Assembly: GCA_943350445.1 (NCBI GenBank)
Contig: CALRAE010000002.1
Span: 2,134 to 66,133 of the forward strand
Direction of reading: 5' to 3'
DNA: 64,000 nucleotides
Source of the DNA: Candidatus Nomurabacteria bacterium
Lineage (GTDB): Bacteria > Patescibacteriota > Minisyncoccia > Phycocordibacterales > UBA9973
Part shown: positions 37,097-45,767 of the stretch, one piece after another
Layout of the letters: the number at the start of each line of letters is the position of its first letter
How positions within the stretch are numbered: the stretch's first letter is position 1
Notes under the pieces: generated by a model
What the model was told of the DNA's origin: nothing
What the model saw: the letters and a program-made list of their open reading frames with translations, nothing else
The model's database searches: none
Program-made: the position numbers and the translations under genes

Positions 37097-38341
37097 ATGG
37101 CTTCAATTCCAGACCTTATATTTTATATTTTAATTTTCTTGTCTGTATATGTGCAGGTATTTTTTTTCGTCACTTTTCTTGAAAATAGAAAAAGAATAGT
37201 TTTTAAAAATGGAAAAACTGAATTGGAATTTTATCCTACGGTGACTATTATTGTGCCTTGTTTTAATGAAGAACAAACAGTATCTCAAACAATAAATTCA
37301 CTATTTGACTTAAATTATCCAAAAGAAAAAGTTAAAATTTTTTTAATAGATGATGGATCTACTGATAATACTTTAAGTTTAATGAAAAGTTTTGAGGGGT
37401 GTTTCAATGTTTTTATTTTTCATAAAGAGAATGGTGGAAAGCATACGGCGATAAATTTGGGTCTTAAAAATGTTGAAACTGAATTTATTGCTTGTTTAGA
37501 TGCGGATTCTTTTGTTCATCCGCAGGCACTAGTGAGAATGATGAAATGTTTTCTAGAAAATGAAGATATTATGGCAGTTATCCCAGCTACGGTAATTCAT
37601 AATCCAAAAAACTTTATTCAATCAATTCAAAAAATTGAGTATTTTGGTGCTATTTTTACAAAAAAAATGTTGGGTTTATCGAATGGCTTGCACGTTACAC
37701 CTGGGACATTGCCTATTTATAAAAAAGAAGTTTTTGATAAATTGGGGGGTTTTAGAAAAGCGCACAATGTTGAAGATGGAGAGATTGCGCTTAGAATGCA
37801 TCAACATAATTTACGAATAGAGTATTGTCATGATGCCTATGTTTATACTGTTCCACCAGATTCACTTTATAAATTATATAAACAACGATTGCGTTGGGGT
37901 TATGGGTTTATGAAAAACCTTATTGACTACAAGCATCTGCTGTTTAGGCCCAAATTTGGAGCTCTTTCTTTACTCACCTTGCCTTCAGGCATAATCTCTA
38001 TGTTTAGCATGGTTCTTTTATTTATATTTTTTATTTCAACATTCATTAATTTTTTTATTGAAAAAATTGTAAAAGTCCAAGCTGTTGGTTTGAATGGGAT
38101 GTTCCATTTGCAAAAATTTGATTGGTTTTATTTCGATATAAGAGGTATATCTTTGATCTTGGTGGTGTGTTCCATCTTGGCTGTTTTTACTATTTTGGTT
38201 GGTCGGAAGATGGTCGAAGATCGTTTCCAGCCAAGTTTTTATATTATTTTATATATTATAACTTACACTGTTATAGCCCCTGTTTGGTTTTTAAAGGCCA
38301 TCTATAATGTTATAGTTTCAGAAAGACCAAATTGGCGATAA
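37097..38341 (+). CDS. Processive family-2 glycosyltransferase (cellulose/chitin/hyaluronan-synthase-like)
   Basis: N-terminal TM helix. GT-A core (IIVPCFNEE, IDDGSTDNT, CLDADS). Q(R)xRW motif KQRLRWGYG. Multiple C-terminal TM helices. Confidence 0.7.
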   Translation: MASIPDLIFYILIFLSVYVQVFFFVTFLENRKRIVFKNGKTELEFYPTVTIIVPCFNEEQTVSQTINSLFDLNYPKEKVKIFLIDDGSTDNTLSLMKSFEGCFNVFIFHKENGGKHTAINLGLKNVETEFIACLDADSFVHPQALVRMMKCFLENEDIMAVIPATVIHNPKNFIQSIQKIEYFGAIFTKKMLGLSNGLHVTPGTLPIYKKEVFDKLGGFRKAHNVEDGEIALRMHQHNLRIEYCHDAYVYTVPPDSLYKLYKQRLRWGYGFMKNLIDYKHLLFRPKFGALSLLTLPSGIISMFSMVLLFIFFISTFINFFIEKIVKVQAVGLNGMFHLQKFDWFYFDIRGISLILVVCSILAVFTILVGRKMVEDRFQPSFYIILYIITYTVIAPVWFLKAIYNVIVSERPNWR

Positions 38342-39048
38342 TAAAAATGATTATACAAAATGATTGGAAAAAATATCTAATAGTTTTCTTTATAACAGCT
38401 GCTTTGTTTTTGAGTGCTTTTTATGTTACTAATTATTTCTATAATAATAAAATTGATCAACTAAAGAATATTCAAGATAATATATCTATTGATATTCTTT
38501 CTTCCGAAACACAGTTTTCTCTTCTTCAGGAATTGTCTTGTAAGGATGTCGATAATTCTATACTTTCGCAAGAAATAAACAATATTGCTGATAAAATTAA
38601 TTATAGTGAAAAAAATTTCGCTACTGACAATACTGATGTTAGATATTTAAAGAGGTATTACTTTTTATTGGAAATAAAAGATTATCTTTTGATGAAAAAA
38701 ATAAGTGAACGTTGTGGTACTAAAAATTCCTTTATTCTTTATATGTATTCTCCCGATCCTACCTGCACTGATTGTGTAAAACAAGAATATGTTTTATCAA
38801 CATTACGTGAAAAATATCCACAATTACGTATTTATTCTTTTGATTATAACTTAAATTTATCAGCCATAAAAGCTTTGATTTCAATTTATAAAATACCCGC
38901 AAGTGTACCAGTCATGGTAATAGATGGAAAAAATTATACTGGTTTTAAAACTGTAGAGGAAGTTGAAAATATTATCCCCAAATTGAAAGAGTCTTTTAAA
39001 CTTCAAGAGATGAAGCCATGGGAGAAGAATGTTCAACAGAGTTCTTGA
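38332..39048 (+). CDS. Membrane-anchored hypothetical protein co-transcribed with the GT2 synthase (has a C-x-x-C pair)
   Basis: Start overlaps the GT2 stop. N-terminal TM helix. PDPTCTDCV. Confidence 0.35.
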   Translation: MAIIKMIIQNDWKKYLIVFFITAALFLSAFYVTNYFYNNKIDQLKNIQDNISIDILSSETQFSLLQELSCKDVDNSILSQEINNIADKINYSEKNFATDNTDVRYLKRYYFLLEIKDYLLMKKISERCGTKNSFILYMYSPDPTCTDCVKQEYVLSTLREKYPQLRIYSFDYNLNLSAIKALISIYKIPASVPVMVIDGKNYTGFKTVEEVENIIPKLKESFKLQEMKPWEKNVQQSS

Positions 39049-39058
39049 TTGATTGCGG

Positions 39059-39131
39059 AGCCGCCTCTCGGATTCGAACCGAGGACCTTCGCTTTACAAA
39101 AGCGTTGCTCTACCAACTGAGCTAAGGCGGC
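39059..39131 (-). tRNA. tRNA-Thr (anticodon UGU)
   Basis: Manual fold: acceptor GCCGCCU/AGGCGGC, D-arm GCUC-AGUUGGUA-GAGC, anticodon loop UUUGUAA, T-arm CUCGG-UUCGAAU-CCGAG. 73 nt, CCA not encoded. Confidence 0.8.
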
Positions 39132-39205
39132 ACATTCGCACTGGCATGTTCAGTACTTCCTCATCTGCATTCGTCAGCATGCTTGAAACATATACTAGCA
39201 CATAT

Positions 39206-39601
39206 CTATAAATTCTCCTCTTTTGTTATTTTGTGTTTGATCTCTCTGATTTTTTGCTTGTAATCTCCTATGATTTTCAGGAATTTAGAAATTTCTTTAT
39301 TCTGACCGTTGACTTTATTTATGTAATTTATATTTTTAACCTTAACCTTTATCTCTTGGTATTTGTTTTTTGTAAAATTCACACCACGTACATAAAATCT
39401 GATAGTTGCCACAAGTCCAGAGTACCCATGTTTTTTTATATTAGTCATGGTTATGTGTTTAACTTCTTTCAAGTAGGGAAGTTCTAAATCAACTTCTTTG
39501 TGGTTCAATACTTGCTCATGTTCTAGAGCAAATAATTTCCTACCTACCATGAAGGATAGAGACAAGAGTGATGTAAAGAATAAAATTAAGAGGATATGCA
39601 T
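39206..39601 (-). CDS. Small Lys-rich membrane-anchored hypothetical protein
   Basis: ORF with N-terminal TM helix only. Confidence 0.3.
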   Translation of the reverse strand: MHILLILFFTSLLSLSFMVGRKLFALEHEQVLNHKEVDLELPYLKEVKHITMTNIKKHGYSGLVATIRFYVRGVNFTKNKYQEIKVKVKNINYINKVNGQNKEISKFLKIIGDYKQKIREIKHKITKEENL

Positions 39602-39634
39602 TTTGATTTATTGAAACCACACTCGGGTTGCTTA

Positions 39635-40414
39635 TTATATTGAATAACGCTTTACTTCTTTTATTTTTGCCTTCGCTTTCTCTAGGAGCTTACCCACCGT
39701 ATCTTGTGGATCCTTAATGAATGGTTGGTTTACTAAAGTTTTTTCCTTAAAGTAGGTGCTTATCTTACCCTCAAGCATTTTTTTCTTTATCTCTTCTGGT
39801 TTATCTACACCTGCAACTTCTTTTTGGAAAATTTCCATCATTATGGTTTTTGCTTCAGGTGTTACCTCACTCTCATCTATGTATTCTGGTCGCATTGCCG
39901 TGATGTGCATAGCGATATCTTTTGCAAGGTCTACACTTCCGCCTTCTAGGCTGACTATGACTCCAGATTTATTGTTGTGCACATAGCCACCCAAGACACT
40001 TCCTAACACTTCAGATATTTCACCGAGTTGGATGTTCTCCCCGGTCTTTTGGATTATTGGATCGATCATGTCCTTAGCTCCGGCTTTCATTTTTTCTACT
40101 CCGTCTGCGAGAGCCATATCACCTAGTTTACTGAGTAGGGTAGTGAAGTCAGCATTCCTAGAGACGAAGTCAGTTTCGCAGTGTAAAGCAACCAAGACAG
40201 CCTTCTTGTCTGTTGTTTTTATTGTTACAGCACCATCTTTAACTTCGCGATTACCCTTTTTGAGAGCAATGTCAGAACTAGTTTTCTTCAATATAGCTAG
40301 CGCCTTTTTCATATCACCCTCTGCTTCTTCGAGTGCACGTTTACATTGCATTACAGAAACGCCAGTAGCATCTCTAAGTTCCTTTACCAACTCAGTTGTT
40401 ATTTGTGATGACAT
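39635..40414 (-). CDS. tsf: Elongation factor Ts
   Basis: UBA-like N-terminus ELVKELRDATGVSVMQCKRALEEAEGDMKKA. Confidence 0.85.
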   Translation of the reverse strand: MSSQITTELVKELRDATGVSVMQCKRALEEAEGDMKKALAILKKTSSDIALKKGNREVKDGAVTIKTTDKKAVLVALHCETDFVSRNADFTTLLSKLGDMALADGVEKMKAGAKDMIDPIIQKTGENIQLGEISEVLGSVLGGYVHNNKSGVIVSLEGGSVDLAKDIAMHITAMRPEYIDESEVTPEAKTIMMEIFQKEVAGVDKPEEIKKKMLEGKISTYFKEKTLVNQPFIKDPQDTVGKLLEKAKAKIKEVKRYSI

Positions 40415-40425
40415 ATTTTATTTTT

Positions 40426-41223
40426 TTAAACTTCCTTAGGAGCGGGGACAGAATTTTGGCCTATTTTGTACGCATTCGCAATATGTGTAGTAAAAAATTT
40501 AACTGAAGGAATACTTGAGTCATTGCCGACGATAGGGTAGGTGATATTATTTATGTTTGAATCAGAGTTTACAAGTGATACTACAGGTATGTCTCTATTT
40601 TTTGCCTCAGTTACTGCGATATGTTCTGCTTTAGCATCTATTACGAATAAAACGTCAGGAGCCTTTTTAAGACCAAGTAGTCCAGTGTAGTATCGAGCGA
40701 GCTTCTCCATTTTCTTTGCCATAACCACTCTTTCTTTTTTTGTGTACTTATCAAGTCCTCCATCTTTACTGTCTTTCTGGTAATTTTCTAGTTCGTTGAT
40801 TCTCTTTTTTATTTCGGTGAAATTTGACAATGTGCCTCCAATCCAACGTTCAGCAACATAAGGCATATTCAATGATTCTGCGATGCTTTTAGTCGCTTCT
40901 CTTGCTTCAGGCTTTGTTCCAACAAAAAGAATAGTTTTACTAGAAGCGCCCAACTTTTTTATGAATTCAGTCGCACTTTCTAAAGCAACACTTGTCTTTT
41001 CAAGGTCTATTATGTCTGTTTTATTTTTTGTGGCGTAGATATATTTTGCAACACTTGGGTGCCTTCGTGTCTTGCTATAGCCATAGTGTGCTCCAACTTG
41101 GAACATCTTTTCTATTAATGTATCTGCATCTTTACCCTTTAAATCTGCTTTTTGCATATGCAATAATATAGCAGAAAGATTGTATTTTTGCAAATTTTCA
41201 GTTAAGATGGGCTGATGAGACAA
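40426..41223 (-). CDS. rpsB: 30S ribosomal protein uS2
   Basis: MFQVGAHYGYSKTRRHP. Conserved rpsB-tsf order. Confidence 0.85.
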   Translation of the reverse strand: MSHQPILTENLQKYNLSAILLHMQKADLKGKDADTLIEKMFQVGAHYGYSKTRRHPSVAKYIYATKNKTDIIDLEKTSVALESATEFIKKLGASSKTILFVGTKPEAREATKSIAESLNMPYVAERWIGGTLSNFTEIKKRINELENYQKDSKDGGLDKYTKKERVVMAKKMEKLARYYTGLLGLKKAPDVLFVIDAKAEHIAVTEAKNRDIPVVSLVNSDSNINNITYPIVGNDSSIPSVKFFTTHIANAYKIGQNSVPAPKEV

Positions 41224-42480
41224 AGCATACTTTTTACTAAAACACGCAAAGAAGCGCCAGCAGACGAGATGTCTCGAAATGCTGAGTTACTTATCCGTGG
41301 TGGTTTTATTCATAAAGAAATGGCTGGGGTGTATAGCTATCTACCGCTTGGGCTAAGAGTTTTAAAAAAAATTGAAAATATTATTAGAGAGGAGATGAAT
41401 AGGGTCGGTGGTCAGGAAGTCTTGATGTCTTCTTTCCAGCCAAAAGAAAATTGGGAAAAAACTGGCCGATGGGAAGCGATGGATGATTTATATAAAGTTA
41501 TCGACTCTTCTGGTAGAGAAGTCGCTTTGGGTCCAACCCACGAAGAGATTATTGTTCCGATTTTGAAAAATTATATTTCTTCATACAAAGATTTTCCAGA
41601 AGGTGGACCTCTTGCTATTTATCAGATTCAAAATAAATTTAGAATGGAACTGCGCGCCAAGTCTGGAGTTTTGCGTGGCCGTGAATTTATGATGAAAGAT
41701 ATGTATTCTTTCCACAAGTCAGCTTCAGATTTTGAAGGATTTTATGAAAAAATGAAGGATGTTTATAAAACAATTTTTCAGAAAATGGGCATTGGGCATC
41801 TAACTTATATGACTTTTGCATCTGGGGGAACTTTTGCAAAATATTCGCATGAATTTCAGACAATTACAGCAGTGGGAGAGGACACTATTTATGTTGATGA
41901 AAAAAAGGGTGTTGCAGTAAATAAAGAAGTTTTTAATGATGAAGTTTTAGTTCAGCTCAATATGGTCAAGGAACAATTAGTCGAAAATAAATCAATTGAA
42001 GTTGGGAATATTTTTGATCTGAAGATAAAATATTCCAAGCCGTTTGATTTGTCATATGTCGATGAAAAGGAACAAAAGCACGATGTTTTGATGGGTTGTT
42101 ATGGAATAGGTTTGGGGCGTCTTATGGGCACCGTGGTAGAAGTCCTTTCGGATGATAAAGGTATAATCTGGCCTGAGGCTATTGCTCCATTTTCTATACA
42201 TTTACTCCTTTTGGGAGAAGGTGAGGCTGTGAAAAAAGAGGCTAATAAAGTTTACGAGAGTTTGTTAAAAAATAATATTGAAGTTTTATTTGATGATCGT
42301 AGTGGTGTGACGGCTGGAGAAAAATTTGCAGATTCTGATTTGCTCGGCATTCCACTCCGAGCTGTGATTTCTCCACGAAGTATCAAAGAAGGGGGGATAG
42401 AGATAAAAAAACGTACGGAAGAAAAAGGAAAAATCGTTTCCCTGGATGAATTATTAAAATTACTAAAAAGCAATGTCTAA
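41215..42480 (+). CDS. proS: Proline--tRNA ligase, short form without the INS editing domain
   Basis: MRQSILFTKTRKEAPADE...LLIRGGFI...YSYLPLGLRVLKKIENIIREEM matches the ProRS N-terminus. C-terminal anticodon-binding domain. Confidence 0.8.
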   Translation: MRQSILFTKTRKEAPADEMSRNAELLIRGGFIHKEMAGVYSYLPLGLRVLKKIENIIREEMNRVGGQEVLMSSFQPKENWEKTGRWEAMDDLYKVIDSSGREVALGPTHEEIIVPILKNYISSYKDFPEGGPLAIYQIQNKFRMELRAKSGVLRGREFMMKDMYSFHKSASDFEGFYEKMKDVYKTIFQKMGIGHLTYMTFASGGTFAKYSHEFQTITAVGEDTIYVDEKKGVAVNKEVFNDEVLVQLNMVKEQLVENKSIEVGNIFDLKIKYSKPFDLSYVDEKEQKHDVLMGCYGIGLGRLMGTVVEVLSDDKGIIWPEAIAPFSIHLLLLGEGEAVKKEANKVYESLLKNNIEVLFDDRSGVTAGEKFADSDLLGIPLRAVISPRSIKEGGIEIKKRTEEKGKIVSLDELLKLLKSNV

Positions 42481-42483
42481 TTT

Positions 42484-43530
42484 ATGTTTGATAAAATATA
42501 CAAATTAATTTCAAACGACATAGGCATAGATCTGGGTACATCAAATACTCTGGTGTATTTAAAAGGTCACGGTATCGTAATCAATGAGCCTTCAGTTGTA
42601 GCTGTGAATGTGAAAACAAATCAAATTTTAGCTGTTGGTACAAAAGCTAAAGAGATGTTGGGTCGTACTCCAGGACATATCAAAGCTATCCGTCCGCTTG
42701 TTGATGGTGTTATATCGGACTTTGAAGTTACGGAAGAGATGCTTTCATATTTGATAAATAAAGCAGACAAAATGTCCAAAAAGTTGGCTCGCCCGAGGGT
42801 CCTCGTGGGTGTGCCGACTGGTACGACCAATGTCGAGAGTCGTGCGGTATATGACGCTGCACGTTCTGCTGGTGCACGAGAAGTTTTCTTGGTAGAGGAG
42901 CCGATGGCAGCGGCTATCGGCATAAGACTTCCAATCAAAGATCCGGTGGGTTCAATGATTATAGACATCGGAGGTGGTACTACAGATATTGCAGTTATTT
43001 CTTTAGGTGGAGTAGTAAAATCTAAAAACTTAAAGATAGCGGGTGATAGACTGGACAACGATATCATTACTTATATGAGAGATGAGTTTAAAATACTTAT
43101 TGGCGAGAGAACTGCTGAGACCATAAAGATTGCTCTTGGTTCCGCACTTCCTGGAGAATATATGGAGACAGAGGTTCATGGACGTGACATTTTGACTGGG
43201 TTACCTCGTGCTGTCATGGTCACTGATTCTGATGTTCGTGAAGCTTTCTCCTTATCAATCAAAGAATTAGTAGATGGCATTAAGGACACACTTGAGACGA
43301 CACCGCCTGAGATTTTATCTGACATAATGCATAGAGGGATTACGCTTTCTGGTGGCGGGGCTTTAATTCAAGGGCTTGATCAGCTTTTACAAAGAGTCCT
43401 CAAGATCCCAGTTTATGTCGCTGAAGACCCTCTTTCAGCAGTTGCGAGGGGTACAGGTGTCATCTTGGACGATATTCCTTTTTATAAAGAAGTTTTGATT
43501 GGAAATCAAGATGAGTTACCTCCTAGATAA
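42484..43530 (+). CDS. mreB: Rod-shape-determining actin homologue MreB
   Basis: IGIDLGTSNTLVY. DIGGGTTDIAVIS. Confidence 0.9.
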   Translation: MFDKIYKLISNDIGIDLGTSNTLVYLKGHGIVINEPSVVAVNVKTNQILAVGTKAKEMLGRTPGHIKAIRPLVDGVISDFEVTEEMLSYLINKADKMSKKLARPRVLVGVPTGTTNVESRAVYDAARSAGAREVFLVEEPMAAAIGIRLPIKDPVGSMIIDIGGGTTDIAVISLGGVVKSKNLKIAGDRLDNDIITYMRDEFKILIGERTAETIKIALGSALPGEYMETEVHGRDILTGLPRAVMVTDSDVREAFSLSIKELVDGIKDTLETTPPEILSDIMHRGITLSGGGALIQGLDQLLQRVLKIPVYVAEDPLSAVARGTGVILDDIPFYKEVLIGNQDELPPR

Positions 43531-44329
43531 AAAAATAAAACGTAAAAAGCTCTCGTATATTTTTTCATTTGTTTTTCTCTGTATCATTTTGTTTTATTTT
43601 CAAGTTGGTATTATAAATGGATTGTCTTATGTTAGTCATAAAGTTTTTAGCCCGATTTTATTTTTAGGAAATAATATTGGAGAAAAATTTACTAGTTTTG
43701 GTTCCTTTTTTATTTCAAAAAAATCTCTTTATTTAGAAAATCAAGATTTAAAATCAACATTAGATATAGACAGAGCAAAAATGTCGAATTATGATTCTAT
43801 TTTAGCTGAAAATATTTCTCTTAAAGAAATTTCGGGACGCAAAAATGAGAATGTGCCTATGGTTTTAGGTGTTATTTTGTCTAAACCAAACCAGAGTCCT
43901 TATGGCACACTTGTCATTGATGTAGGTCTCAAAGATGGTTTAAAATCGGGTGACCAGGTTTTTGCATTAGGCAATGTGCCAATTGGAACTATTGCTGAAA
44001 CTTATGTTAATTCTTCAAAGGTGACCCTTTTTTCAAATAGTGGCCAAAAAACTCAAGTAGTGGTTGGTCAAAAAAATGAGGAATCCAAAGCTGGTAAAAG
44101 TGTCTTTATGGAAATTGTTGGACGAGGTGGGGGAAATTTTGAAATGATTTTGCCGAGAGACTTTACATTACAAAAAGGGGATCAGGTTTTGTTGCCAGGT
44201 ATTAACAATCTTTTGGTGGGTATCGTCGAGACCATACTTTCTGACCCGCGTGAGCCTTTTATTAAAGCATTGATTGTTTCTCCAGTGAACGTGCAAGAAC
44301 TAAAATTCGTTGAAGTAGAAGTGAAATAA
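43499..44329 (+). CDS. mreC: Rod-shape-determining protein MreC
   Basis: N-terminal TM helix. Coiled coil. C-terminal beta-rich domain GDQVFALGNVPIGTIAETYV. Position after mreB. Confidence 0.7.
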   Translation: MEIKMSYLLDKKIKRKKLSYIFSFVFLCIILFYFQVGIINGLSYVSHKVFSPILFLGNNIGEKFTSFGSFFISKKSLYLENQDLKSTLDIDRAKMSNYDSILAENISLKEISGRKNENVPMVLGVILSKPNQSPYGTLVIDVGLKDGLKSGDQVFALGNVPIGTIAETYVNSSKVTLFSNSGQKTQVVVGQKNEESKAGKSVFMEIVGRGGGNFEMILPRDFTLQKGDQVLLPGINNLLVGIVETILSDPREPFIKALIVSPVNVQELKFVEVEVK

Positions 44330-45651
44330 TGAATTTTAAAATAGAAAAAAAATTAAAAAATAGTTTGGGTCGGGTGGGGGTTCTCACAACTTCACACGGA
44401 ATAATACAAACTCCCGCTTTTGTGGCAGTGGGCACCAAGGCTACTATAAAATCCTTAAATCCTGAACAGGTAAAAGATGCTGGCACACAAGTAGTGCTAG
44501 GCAATACCTATCATTTATATTTACAACCCGGAGATGAAATAGTCCGCGGGGCGGGCGGTATCGGTAAATTTATGAATTGGAGTGGGCCGACAATGACAGA
44601 CTCTGGTGGCTTTCAAGTTTTTTCTTTGGGTGCGGCTTATGGTAAACAAATTTCAAAGATAACTAAAATAACTGATCCATCTCTACTTATTCCAGAACGT
44701 TTCGATGATTCTGATGCTCCCAGGTTGGCGAAAATTGGGCAAGATGGGGTTTCTTTTAAATCACACTTGGATGGTTCTATTCATTACATCACTCCAGAGA
44801 AATCAATTCAGATTCAGCATAATTTGGGCGCGGATATAATTTTTGCATTTGACGAATGCACCAGTCCGACAGAAGATTTGAAATATCAAGAAGAAGCCCT
44901 CGAGCGGACACACCGATGGGCAGAGAGGAGTTTAGATGAACACAAGAAATTGGAAGAGTTAAAAAACATGGAAGAAGTGAAAAATAAAGCAGATTCTTCC
45001 TTTTTTGGGTCGCTGTCTACGGGTGCTCCCGTAGCGCTGCCTCTCAGCCCGTCGGCTTGCGAGACACCCAAAAAAGAAAAATCTGCTGACTTTTCACAAG
45101 CGCTATTCGGCATCGTCCAAGGTGGACGAGATGAGGCTCTACGAAAAAAATCAGCAAAGTTTATTTCTAGTCTAGATTTTGATGGGTTTGGTATTGGGGG
45201 TTCATTTGCAAAAGAAGACATGTCGACGGCGGTGAAATGGGTAAATGAAATTTTGCCCGAAGAAAAGCCTCGACACCTCCTCGGCATCGGTGAGCCTGAA
45301 GATTTATTTATGGGGATTGAAAATGGAGTAGATTTATTTGACTGCGTAGCTCCGACTAGACTTGGAAGAAATGGAACTTTGTACACTAAAAATGGGAAAA
45401 TTATAATCATGAATCGACAATTTAGAGAAGATTATTCTCCCATTGAGCGGGATTGTGCCTGCTATTCTTGCCAAAACTATACAAAAGCCTACATTGCGCA
45501 CCTTTTTCACGGCAAAGAAATGCTTGCGGGCACATTGGCTTCGATACATAATTTATATTTTATAGTCAATCTAGTGAAGAAAATAAGGCAGTCAATTTTG
45601 GACGATAATTTCTTCGAATTTAAAGAAGAATTTCTAAAAGAGTATCTATAG
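44329..45651 (+). CDS. tgt: Queuine tRNA-ribosyltransferase with a ~60-aa low-complexity GC-rich insertion
   Basis: TPAFVAVGTKATIKSL. GNTYHLYLQPG. C-terminal Zn site CACYSCQNY..H. Insert at about nt 44940..45110. Confidence 0.85.
   Translation: MNFKIEKKLKNSLGRVGVLTTSHGIIQTPAFVAVGTKATIKSLNPEQVKDAGTQVVLGNTYHLYLQPGDEIVRGAGGIGKFMNWSGPTMTDSGGFQVFSLGAAYGKQISKITKITDPSLLIPERFDDSDAPRLAKIGQDGVSFKSHLDGSIHYITPEKSIQIQHNLGADIIFAFDECTSPTEDLKYQEEALERTHRWAERSLDEHKKLEELKNMEEVKNKADSSFFGSLSTGAPVALPLSPSACETPKKEKSADFSQALFGIVQGGRDEALRKKSAKFISSLDFDGFGIGGSFAKEDMSTAVKWVNEILPEEKPRHLLGIGEPEDLFMGIENGVDLFDCVAPTRLGRNGTLYTKNGKIIIMNRQFREDYSPIERDCACYSCQNYTKAYIAHLFHGKEMLAGTLASIHNLYFIVNLVKKIRQSILDDNFFEFKEEFLKEYL
45008..45070. 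repeat. GC-rich insert inside tgt containing the palindrome CTACGGGtgctCCCGTAG (family C)
   Basis: Seen directly at 45018..45034. Local GC is about 65%, against about 38% background. Confidence 0.5.
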
Positions 45652-45690
45652 GGTTACCACCCCTAGCCCCTCCTTGATTAAGGAGGGGAG
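45652..45690. repeat. Family B element, intergenic copy, abutting the tgt stop codon: GGTTACCACCCCtagCCCCTCCTTGattaAGGAGGGG
   Basis: Nearly identical to the copy at 45951..45999. Reverse orientation relative to the pheT/mnmA copies. Confidence 0.65.
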
Positions 45691-45767
45691 GACACGGGAG
45701 TTATCCCCACTTTTCCTTACCCGACATATATATTATTGATATAATGTAGATATTTCCGAGTAAAAAA

